Virus record (IMG/VR): IMGVR_UViG_3300021400_000034
Coordinates: 96,001 to 160,000 of that record
DNA length: 64,000 nt
Reading direction: 5' to 3' (one strand)
DNA from: a virus
Taxonomy: Duplodnaviria; Caudoviricetes
A program made the position numbers and the translations under genes. Numbering within the stretch: the stretch's first letter is position 1; each line of letters opens with the position of its first letter. The notes below the pieces were generated by a model. The model was not told the origin of the DNA and made no database searches. It saw only the letters and a program-made list of their open reading frames with translations. Positions 56,227-64,000 of the stretch are shown piece by piece.

Positions 56227-56948
56227 TGAGCATAGATGATGTACTAGTTCTCCCGTCAGACTGGACAGTGCTTGAGCGCTGCCGTTTTAAGCCTGAGAGC
56301 ATAGACGACGTTGTCTTAGAGATAGCAGAGTACATTCTCGAAGATTCTCAAGGCTACCAGCTGCAGAATCAGATAGACGACGCTGAGAACTTCAAGATGC
56401 ACGGCGATGCTTACAACACTAGGATCTACTTCATACTAGCATCTTGTCGTCTTCTGTGGGATGAGGAGATGATCCGGAAGGCCGTCAAAGAGTTCTTCAC
56501 TGTCCAGAACACTCCTATGGGCGTCAAGGGGGATGGCTTAGGAAACTATGACGCTGAGCAGCTGCTGGAGTACATCGCCAGGATGACGAAAGCCGTCATG
56601 ACTAGCCCAGATGTCGACAAAGTCTGTGAGTATCTCTTCAACTACTACATGAACAAGTCTATCTGCTCAGATCCTTATTACATGAAGACCCAGAAGCTGA
56701 CGAGAATGAGAATTCTTCGAGGACGAAAGCTTGACTTGGACTACAATCACAGCACTGTAGAGCTAGTCGTTCCTGAGGCTAAGATTCAGAAGACTACACT
56801 CATTGTCCAAGAAGAAAAAGACGTAGATGACAACGAAGCGCTAGTCGACACGAAAGATCGAATCGATCCAACCACCGAAAAGTGGATGTCAGTGAACGAT
56901 GACCAAGACGAAGTCCGTGAAGACTGGAACAAAATCCTAGGAAAGTAA
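56226..56948 (+). CDS. hypothetical protein
   Basis: TAATG coupling. Confidence 0.7.
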   Translation: MSIDDVLVLPSDWTVLERCRFKPESIDDVVLEIAEYILEDSQGYQLQNQIDDAENFKMHGDAYNTRIYFILASCRLLWDEEMIRKAVKEFFTVQNTPMGVKGDGLGNYDAEQLLEYIARMTKAVMTSPDVDKVCEYLFNYYMNKSICSDPYYMKTQKLTRMRILRGRKLDLDYNHSTVELVVPEAKIQKTTLIVQEEKDVDDNEALVDTKDRIDPTTEKWMSVNDDQDEVREDWNKILGK

Positions 56949-56951
56949 CTG

Positions 56952-57326
56952 ATGAAGAAGATTCCGCTAAAGCTATACAAAGAGTTCGTAGAAGAGAATG
57001 GACTTGAATCGAAGCTGGAGAAGTGGGCTAAGAAGCGTAATACATCTAACAACGCTAAGCCAAAGATCGAACTTGGCAAAGAGGTAGATAGGCGTTGCTT
57101 AGAAGTTGGTCACGCTTACTGGACTGGCGAGATCGATAAATGTGGTCCCGAAGCATGGATCTATGCCTCCTCAGGTCACTTGACATGTTTCGGAACTTTC
57201 ATCAATCCGATATGGGCAAAGAAGTGCAACGAGATCTCGATTGAAGACTACAATAAGTATGTCGAGTACTGGATCAAGAAGCGATACGGCAAGAAATACT
57301 ACGACGAGCTACACAGAGAAGAGTAA
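56952..57326 (+). CDS. hypothetical protein
   Basis: packed ORF. Confidence 0.65.
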   Translation: MKKIPLKLYKEFVEENGLESKLEKWAKKRNTSNNAKPKIELGKEVDRRCLEVGHAYWTGEIDKCGPEAWIYASSGHLTCFGTFINPIWAKKCNEISIEDYNKYVEYWIKKRYGKKYYDELHREE

Positions 57327-57354
57327 TAAAATCAAGAAAATCTCAATTTAGGGG

Positions 57355-57383
57355 TTTACATTTCTCCGCAAAATACCTATATT
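57355..57383 (+). promoter_or_regulatory. sigma70-like early promoter
   Basis: TTTACA-N17-TATATT. Confidence 0.75.
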
Positions 57384-57414
57384 GTTAATATAAACTTAAA
57401 CAAGGACCTAACTC

Positions 57415-58515
57415 ATGGACAAGAACCAGATCCGCGAACTCCTCCTCACTGCCGCTCAGGCATACTACAACGGCGACGAAATCATGAGCGACGCTGAATA
57501 TGACGCTCTCATCAACAAGCTCAAGGAAATCGATCCGAACGATCCGCTCTGCGCCAACGGCATGGCTGCTGCCGACAGCTGCGGCAACGAGAAGAAGATC
57601 CAGCACGACATGACCACTGGAACCCTCTCCAAGTGCGCTAACCTCGAAGAACTCCGCGAATGGGCCGCTAAGAAGAACCTCAAAGAACGCTACAGCCTCG
57701 AACTCAAGATCGACGGATCCAGCATGGAGCTCCAGTTCATCAACGGTCAGTTCGTCAAGGCTATCACTCGCGGCGATGGCGCTACTGGCCTCGATCGCAC
57801 CGCTACTCTCAACCTCATGAACTTCCCGAAGTCAATCGATCCGTCCTTCACTGGCTCTATTCGCGCCGAGATGGTCATCTACAACTCCGACTTCAAGGCT
57901 CGCTTCGCTACTAAGAACGCTAACCCGCGCAACGCTGTCGCTGGCATCATCAACCGCAAGTTCGAAACCCTCTCCGCCGAAGACAAGAACGATCTCCAGT
58001 TCATTCACGCCATCTGCTACGACGTGAAAGATGAACGCAGCTTCGACACTCAGACCAAGCTCATGGCTTGGCTCGAAACCAACGGCTTCGAAGTCTCTCC
58101 ACACATCACCGTCGAAGGCGTCGATATGCTCTCCAAGGCTAACGATCTTCGCGAACATCTTCGCGAACGCATCGCTAACGGCGAAATCAAGTTCAACTGC
58201 GACGGCGTCGTCATCAAGGCCGACATCATCGACCGAGCAGACCGTCAGCTCAAGACTCCTAAGCACGACGTGGCTCTCAAGCCAGAACTCGAGACCGCTG
58301 TCTCTGAGATCGTCGACATCGTCTGGGAAATGGCTGGCTCCACTCTCAACCCGGTAGCCGTCATCAAGCCCGTCCAGCTGGAAGGAACGACTGTCACTCG
58401 CGCCTCTCTGTCCAACCTCGCCAAGATGATGGATCTCGGCGTCGAGATAGGCAAACTCGCTGTCGTCAGCAAACATGGACAAATCATACCCATGATCGAC
58501 AAGGTTCTCGCTTAA
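57415..58515 (+). CDS. ligA: NAD-dependent DNA ligase N-terminal half (Ia, adenylation, OB domains)
   Basis: AYYNG...SDAEYD, ELKIDG, TRGDG, NPRNAVAG, DGVVIK, ALK, RASL.N and GQIIP motifs. Confidence 0.92.
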   Translation: MDKNQIRELLLTAAQAYYNGDEIMSDAEYDALINKLKEIDPNDPLCANGMAAADSCGNEKKIQHDMTTGTLSKCANLEELREWAAKKNLKERYSLELKIDGSSMELQFINGQFVKAITRGDGATGLDRTATLNLMNFPKSIDPSFTGSIRAEMVIYNSDFKARFATKNANPRNAVAGIINRKFETLSAEDKNDLQFIHAICYDVKDERSFDTQTKLMAWLETNGFEVSPHITVEGVDMLSKANDLREHLRERIANGEIKFNCDGVVIKADIIDRADRQLKTPKHDVALKPELETAVSEIVDIVWEMAGSTLNPVAVIKPVQLEGTTVTRASLSNLAKMMDLGVEIGKLAVVSKHGQIIPMIDKVLA

Positions 58516-58528
58516 CTCGGAGGAAACT

Positions 58529-58804
58529 ATGAACGAATATCAGAGAAACTGCAAACGTCGCTTGGAAGGAATCCTCCAGACCAAGGCGGTTCCCGTCCAC
58601 AAAGTATCTCACGGATCCTTGAACGGATCGAGCAGCTACTGCTTCGTTCTTGAGCCGTGGGCCTCTAAGCTCGATCTGGTCGAGATCTCCTCTAGCTCAC
58701 AGAAGTGCTTCAGGAAGGCGACCGTCAAGCTGGGCAAAGGCGCTCATCCGACTTATGCTCCAGAGTTGAACTTCCCGACGATCTACCTCACTTTCGACAA
58801 GTAA
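58529..58804 (+). CDS. hypothetical protein
   Basis: GGAGG RBS. Confidence 0.65.
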   Translation: MNEYQRNCKRRLEGILQTKAVPVHKVSHGSLNGSSSYCFVLEPWASKLDLVEISSSSQKCFRKATVKLGKGAHPTYAPELNFPTIYLTFDK

Positions 58805-59297
58805 GGAGTATATGGATGTATAACTATTTCATAGGTGGAGAACAGTACAAATACGCTGGACGTCCAGTAGTAGTCACTATTCCTTATGGAAATCCTCTAT
58901 ACGAACTTCACATCACTGATGACAAATATATCTCCGAGAACAAGATAAAGCTGTCTAAGAAGCTGTTTGAGCTTTTCGGAATTCACATCGACTGGAACAC
59001 CTATCAGGTGAGGTCAAAAGGCCAATTGTGCTGGGCTAGCTCTTGTGTGAATTACTGGGATCCAGGAGATGATCTAGACAAGATAGCCGTACATATTCTA
59101 AACTTTCACAGACCTTTGAAGTCCTATTTGAAAAAGAAGGCGAAGCTAGAGCTCGTAAAAGATACCGGAACATGGCTTCATATAGATGGAGATCTATAGA
59201 AGTAGGTAACTAAATCTTTACACTAAAGAGCCGAGAGAAAAATTCTCGGCTCTCTTTTTGTCTAAATTTGCATAGAACAGAATCCTATGAGGAACTT

Positions 59298-60035
59298 ATG
59301 AAAGAAGAAAAACTAGAGTACAACAAGAGCTACATCGATGCAGTCGACAGTCTCTCCGCCGTGAACCACCGTATCCTGATGTCTAAGGAAGGCGACAAGG
59401 TGACTATCAAAGCTAACAACCTGCCGTCCAATTTCTGCTACATTCTCCAGGCTCCGACGAGCTTCTTCGGAATGCCAGTCGACAAGATCGGTCTCGTTGA
59501 CTTCACGCGCTTCAAGAAGTTCTATGAAGCTATGTCGACGAAGACGGTCTCTGCTAACCTGTCTCTCAACATCGACGATGACGGATCTGCAGTGGATATG
59601 CTCTTCAAGAACGAGACCCGCTCCGACACGCTCACTCTGAGACTCGGCGACACTTCTCTTCCGACATTCGACGCTTCCTTCAACGAGCTCGCTGAGCACC
59701 AGCAGGACGTCGTTGCTGAGTTCGACGAAGAGACGATCGACCAGCTCCAGAGAAAGATCTCTCTGATCGGCGCAGACTACATCGACGTGATCGCTAACGA
59801 CAACGTCCTTAACTTCTGCATCTACACGATGAGATCTGCTGACCGTGCTGACTATCCGGTCTTCTTGAGCCAGCCGTCAACCAAGAGCTTCAAGCTCAAG
59901 TTCACTGCTGAGACGCTCAACCTTCTTCCGAAGGGAAAGTACAAGATCGAGATCGACGCTGACGGATGCCTCTACATGAAGCAGATCCGTGAAGACGAGA
60001 TCTCCGTCGAGATCATGCTGCTCGCGGAGGAATAA
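59298..60035 (+). CDS. sliding clamp (T4 gp45-like)
   Basis: size, LSAVNHRI N-terminus, LNLLPKGKYKI motif, and position upstream of the clamp loader. Confidence 0.7.
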   Translation: MKEEKLEYNKSYIDAVDSLSAVNHRILMSKEGDKVTIKANNLPSNFCYILQAPTSFFGMPVDKIGLVDFTRFKKFYEAMSTKTVSANLSLNIDDDGSAVDMLFKNETRSDTLTLRLGDTSLPTFDASFNELAEHQQDVVAEFDEETIDQLQRKISLIGADYIDVIANDNVLNFCIYTMRSADRADYPVFLSQPSTKSFKLKFTAETLNLLPKGKYKIEIDADGCLYMKQIREDEISVEIMLLAEE

Positions 60036-60382
60036 TGAACTTCCAGAATCCATCATTCACAACGATTGACGATCCTATCGAGAACTTCACTGGCCTGAAC
60101 AAGCCAGACGCTGTCGCTACAGACGAAGAAGCCGCTGGAGTAGAATATCTCAAGTCGCTGTCTCCGCTAGAGAAGCTCCGTCTCGGCTACCAGATTCTCG
60201 GCGTCCAGATCAATGATCCGAAGTCTGACTGCCAGCGCTGCCACGGCAAAGGCTACGTCTCGATCAATCCTGACACTAGCGAGCCGAGAGCCTGTCCTTG
60301 CATTCTTCCACCAGAGATGCACAACGGCAACAGAGCTGAGCGCAGAGCCGCCGCTAGAGCTGCACGCAAGATGAAGTTCTAA
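60035..60382 (+). CDS. Zn-finger protein
   Basis: CQRCHGKG...CPC. Confidence 0.7.
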   Translation: MNFQNPSFTTIDDPIENFTGLNKPDAVATDEEAAGVEYLKSLSPLEKLRLGYQILGVQINDPKSDCQRCHGKGYVSINPDTSEPRACPCILPPEMHNGNRAERRAAARAARKMKF

Positions 60383-60449
60383 ACGAAAAATCACCGTCTC
60401 CCTGAATTAGTATATTTTCAGGGAGACATATTTGTAGAAGGAATTGAGT

Positions 60450-61373
60450 ATGAACAAGAACTGTTCCAAGTGGGTAGAGAAATACCGTCCTGACCATGTC
60501 AAAGACGTCATCCTTCCCAAGACCGAGAGAAGATTCTTCGACGAGATCGTGAAGACGAAAGAAGTTCCGAACTTGATGCTGTACAGCGCAAAGGGAAGAG
60601 GAAAGACTTCTGTCGCCCTCGCGCTCATCAACGATCTCGACGCTCAGGTGTTCAAGATAAACGCTTCGATGGAAGGAAAGATCGAGCTGCTCCGTGAAGA
60701 CCTGTCCAAGTTCGCTAGAACGAAGAACCCGAAGAAGACGCCGAAGATCGTCTTCCTAGACGAGTTCGACATGTGCTCCGCTAAGTTCCAAGGCGCTCTG
60801 AGAAACTTGATCGAAGAGACTGCTCAGGGCTGCAGCTACATCATGACCTGCAACTTCCCGATGAACGTGATCGACGCTCTCAAGGAAGGAAGAACGATGG
60901 AACTCGACTTCAACTTCAACGATCCGAAAAAGCAGCAAGAGATGAAGGACCAGATCCTCGTTCGAGCCATCGGAATTCTGAAGCACGAAGGAGTCGAATA
61001 CGACGAAGCCGTCGTGAAGGAGCTCGTGGAGCGCTACGGCACTTCTATCCGTGAGCTGTACTCGATGCTCCAGAAGTACTACAAGCTCTACGGAAAGATC
61101 GACGCTAACATTCTCAAGTTCTCTCAAGTGGACGAGAAGCTCATCGACCTGCTCAAGGAGAAGAAGGTCTCTGAGGCGAGAACGCTGATCAACCAGAAGG
61201 GCTGGTCCGACGTGGACGTCTACCGGTTCTTGTTTGACAAGTACGTCCCGACCTGCCAGAAGAAGGGAAGCGCGATTCTGACCATCGCTCAGTACGAGGG
61301 AATCGGCGCTACCTCTAGACTTCCAGACATTCAGCTCGCTGCGTGTCTCATCTCTCTCATAGGACTTGAATAA
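60450..61373 (+). CDS. clamp loader large subunit (T4 gp44/RFC-like AAA+)
   Basis: WVEKYRP, KGRGKT, INAS, LDEFD, ALRNLIE and TCN motifs. Confidence 0.93.
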   Translation: MNKNCSKWVEKYRPDHVKDVILPKTERRFFDEIVKTKEVPNLMLYSAKGRGKTSVALALINDLDAQVFKINASMEGKIELLREDLSKFARTKNPKKTPKIVFLDEFDMCSAKFQGALRNLIEETAQGCSYIMTCNFPMNVIDALKEGRTMELDFNFNDPKKQQEMKDQILVRAIGILKHEGVEYDEAVVKELVERYGTSIRELYSMLQKYYKLYGKIDANILKFSQVDEKLIDLLKEKKVSEARTLINQKGWSDVDVYRFLFDKYVPTCQKKGSAILTIAQYEGIGATSRLPDIQLAACLISLIGLE

Positions 61374-62065
61374 TGCTAGACAGCCAGAAGATGGGAGCGC
61401 ACGAGTTCATCGTAGGGTTCAAGCACGGACTCTACGTCTGCGTATCTGACACCTGCCAGCTCTGCATGGACTACAAGCAGGACTTGAAGACCGTCGACAG
61501 CCATCACCTGAGGCTCGTCGAGGTCTCTACGGACGATCAGAAGAAGGCTATCTACCAGATCGCAGGAAGGACGGCTTTTCCTATCACGATGGGATTCTGG
61601 AAGAACGAGCTCAAGTTCGTCAAGCTCGGACAGCTGTTCGGCGATGATCTGAGCAGAGCTTTGAAGTTTCTTGAGAGATTCCCTAAGGATCCTTTCACGC
61701 CAGAGGAGCTCGCTATGCTCCAAAAGGACGTGTATAAGCGGTGCAAGCTAGCCTACTATGTGTTTCCTCCGGGTACTGGAAAAGAAGCACGTATGGCCGC
61801 TCTAAACGCCGCTTTTGAGCATGATGAGCTGCCTATGGACGTCGATGAGCAGCCAGGACTGCCTGTCGGATCCGAAGACCGGGTCAAAGCGCTATCCGGA
61901 ATGCTCGCTCACGCGAAGTTAGTTATATTTGACATATTCAAGACGGCCGAATACTCAGAAGTCGCGACTAAGCTCATCGCGAAGTTCATGGAGGACAAAG
62001 ACTATGGCGAAACGACAGTCGAGCATCGCACTCTTCAGAAAGCAGCTCAAGCTCAACAATCCTGA
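61373..62065 (+). CDS. thioredoxin-fold-like protein
   Basis: CQLC and AFP motifs. Confidence 0.5.
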   Translation: MLDSQKMGAHEFIVGFKHGLYVCVSDTCQLCMDYKQDLKTVDSHHLRLVEVSTDDQKKAIYQIAGRTAFPITMGFWKNELKFVKLGQLFGDDLSRALKFLERFPKDPFTPEELAMLQKDVYKRCKLAYYVFPPGTGKEARMAALNAAFEHDELPMDVDEQPGLPVGSEDRVKALSGMLAHAKLVIFDIFKTAEYSEVATKLIAKFMEDKDYGETTVEHRTLQKAAQAQQS

Positions 62066-62516
62066 TGCGCCCAAAGAAGAGCCAAAGAAGAAGAAAAAGT
62101 CTCCGCTGTTCAGTCTGATCGACCACATGAGCGGAGATAAGTGCCCATGGGATCAGCTCACAGACGACGAGAGAAACGCGATGAACCAGTGGCTCATCTT
62201 GCGGTGGCTGTCCACTTACGAGGAGTATGTCCCTATCTTCGCTATCATCTCTACGATGGAGTTCACAGACAAGGACTTCTACGAGCTCATGTGCGTCACC
62301 CTGAAGCGACAGAAGCACTACTTCACGAGCAAGATCTACAAGAAGATCGAAGAGCCAGACGAGATTCTACTGAACTGCATCATGAAGGAGTACTTCTACA
62401 CCGTCGAGAAGGCTCGTGACTACATGGAAGACCTCGATCAGTCCGAGATCGACTATCTCAAGAGGCGCTGGGGCGACATCGTCGAGGAAGAGCTCGCTGA
62501 ATCGAAGAAGCGTTAG
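62004..62516 (+). CDS. clamp loader small subunit (T4 gp62-like)
   Basis: NQWLILRWLS, I..YF..T.EKA..Y motifs; synteny. Confidence 0.7.
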   Translation: MAKRQSSIALFRKQLKLNNPDAPKEEPKKKKKSPLFSLIDHMSGDKCPWDQLTDDERNAMNQWLILRWLSTYEEYVPIFAIISTMEFTDKDFYELMCVTLKRQKHYFTSKIYKKIEEPDEILLNCIMKEYFYTVEKARDYMEDLDQSEIDYLKRRWGDIVEEELAESKKR

Positions 62517-62548
62517 GTATAAATAGAATAAAAAGAGAGGAATCCCAA

Positions 62549-62683
62549 ATGAAGTTTCTAACGGCTTATCAGCTTCTTGAATCTACCGGAATGTTCAAAA
62601 TTGAGCCGATCAGCGAAGCTATGATCGACAAAAAGAAAGAAGAGAAGGAAGACGACCAGAAGGTCGCGAAAGACGAAAAGTAA
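62549..62683 (+). CDS. 44-aa peptide consisting mostly of the leader motif
   Basis: late promoter, GAGG RBS; MKFLTAYQLLESTG. Confidence 0.55.
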   Translation: MKFLTAYQLLESTGMFKIEPISEAMIDKKKEEKEDDQKVAKDEK

Positions 62684-64000
62684 TGGAGGCTAAAGTGATA
62701 GTAGGCTTCAAAGACTTTCTAGTGACCGAAGCTAAGGTCGCTCCTAAGAATACGGATCGCACTGCAGACACTATCGTCCGCTATTTCAACAGCAAGCTAA
62801 AGAGATCATACGTCTTGATGGACGTCTTCGAAGGAATCAAGGGCGACAACAAGATACTTCAGGCTGTGTATATCGATCCGAGCGGTTCTGCTCTCGGAAT
62901 CAACTTCAAGACGAGCGGAGAATTCCTGTCTATCTCTTACTGGAACAAGTTCAAGATGAACTCTGACGGTCGTTGGGGAAATCCAGACAAGGAGATCAAG
63001 TTCTCTTCTTCAGAGTCGTTCGCTAAAGTTCTTCCTGCAGCAATCGACGAGCTCACTGGAGTGAAAGAGTCAGTCAGAGTAGACGAAGTTCTGAACACTT
63101 ACAAGTACAACGGAGTCACATACAACGGAAAGCGTGACACGGCTCTCGCTATGAAGAGCAACGGCGAGAGCGACTACCGCATCATGCAGATGCTCAACAT
63201 TCCGGCTAACAAGCTCAGAAAGTTCATCGAAGGAACTAACGCTGCTGAGGCAGGAGAAGACGGAACGTTCGAGATCACTGCTGGCGAGCCGCAGAGGATG
63301 GCTGAGAGAGACGACGTGAGCAACGCCGTGAAGCTATTCGAGGAGACTGAGTACGCTGATCCAGCCGTCGTGTTTGACCAGCTAGACGTTCTCGTGAAGA
63401 GCGTAGGAGAAGGTGTCAACCCAGCTCTGATCATCACAGGTCAGGGAGGCATCGGAAAGTCGTTCGGAGTAGGAAGGGTTCTCAAGGAAGTTCTAGGTCT
63501 CGTCAAGGGCGAAGACTACGTGATCATGAAGGGCTCTAACTCTTCATACGCTATGTACCGCTTCCTCTACAACAACTACAACAAGACTATAATCTTCGAC
63601 GACTGCGACTCAGTCTTCGGCGACAAAGACTCTCTGAACGTCCTGAAGGCCGTGCTAGACTCTGGCGCAGAGAGAATCGTATCTTGGGACACGGCTGGAA
63701 CAGTTCCTGTGAAGACTGGAATGAGCCACGAGCAGATCGAGCAGGAGCTCGCTGCGTACTCTGCCGCTCACGGAAACAAGCCAGTGATTCCTTCTCAGTT
63801 CGAGTTCGAAGGATCTATCATATTCATCTCGAACATGACCCGCAAGCAGATCGAAGCTAAAGACGCTGCTCTCTTGACCCGCTGTCTGTCTATCGACATC
63901 ACGCTGAGCCAAGAAGACACGATCAACCGAATCAAGACTTGTCTGCCAGGAATCAGATACTACGCTGCGAAGAAGGTCGAAGGACGTCCAGTAGACATAA
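62683..64000 (+). CDS. P-loop AAA-type ATPase, runs off the window end
   Basis: GFKDFLVTEA leader; ITGQGGIGKS Walker A; IIFDDCD Walker B; FISN motif. Confidence 0.8.
   Translation, partial: MEAKVIVGFKDFLVTEAKVAPKNTDRTADTIVRYFNSKLKRSYVLMDVFEGIKGDNKILQAVYIDPSGSALGINFKTSGEFLSISYWNKFKMNSDGRWGNPDKEIKFSSSESFAKVLPAAIDELTGVKESVRVDEVLNTYKYNGVTYNGKRDTALAMKSNGESDYRIMQMLNIPANKLRKFIEGTNAAEAGEDGTFEITAGEPQRMAERDDVSNAVKLFEETEYADPAVVFDQLDVLVKSVGEGVNPALIITGQGGIGKSFGVGRVLKEVLGLVKGEDYVIMKGSNSSYAMYRFLYNNYNKTIIFDDCDSVFGDKDSLNVLKAVLDSGAERIVSWDTAGTVPVKTGMSHEQIEQELAAYSAAHGNKPVIPSQFEFEGSIIFISNMTRKQIEAKDAALLTRCLSIDITLSQEDTINRIKTCLPGIRYYAAKKVEGRPVDI

Noticed and set aside
46916-58515. Split intein or intron joining the ligase halves
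   Set aside because: No intein terminal motifs are visible, the gene order is reversed, and each half has its own promoter and RBS.

Overview
A 64-kb segment of a large T4-like (myovirus-type) phage genome. It contains: densely packed, mostly + strand orphan genes; a gp45/gp44/gp62-like clamp and clamp-loader block; a thymidylate-synthase-family / kinase / all-alpha NTP-pyrophosphatase nucleotide module; an NAD-dependent DNA ligase split into two genes about 10 kb apart; a CCA-adding enzyme; glycosyltransferases; two promoter classes (TTTAGA-N17-TATATT and T4-late-like TATAAATA); and a ~9.3-kb RNA island (35.5-44.8 kb) with 35 conventional tRNA genes, two endonucleases and several large structured spacers. 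The most striking signal is inside that island: 14 copies of a small cassette made of a covarying 7-9 bp terminal stem (xAGAT../..ATCTx-G) with an AC(A/T/C)GCAA motif just inside its 5' arm. The cassettes enclose interchangeable tRNA-derived cargo: circularly permuted tRNAs broken at different positions, isolated anticodon arms and degenerate cloverleaves. Also, 27 of the 35 conventional tRNAs are followed by CTA and none by CCA, and about a dozen mostly late-promoter genes share a putative capsid-targeting/cleavage peptide. All calls were made by eye; no searches were run.
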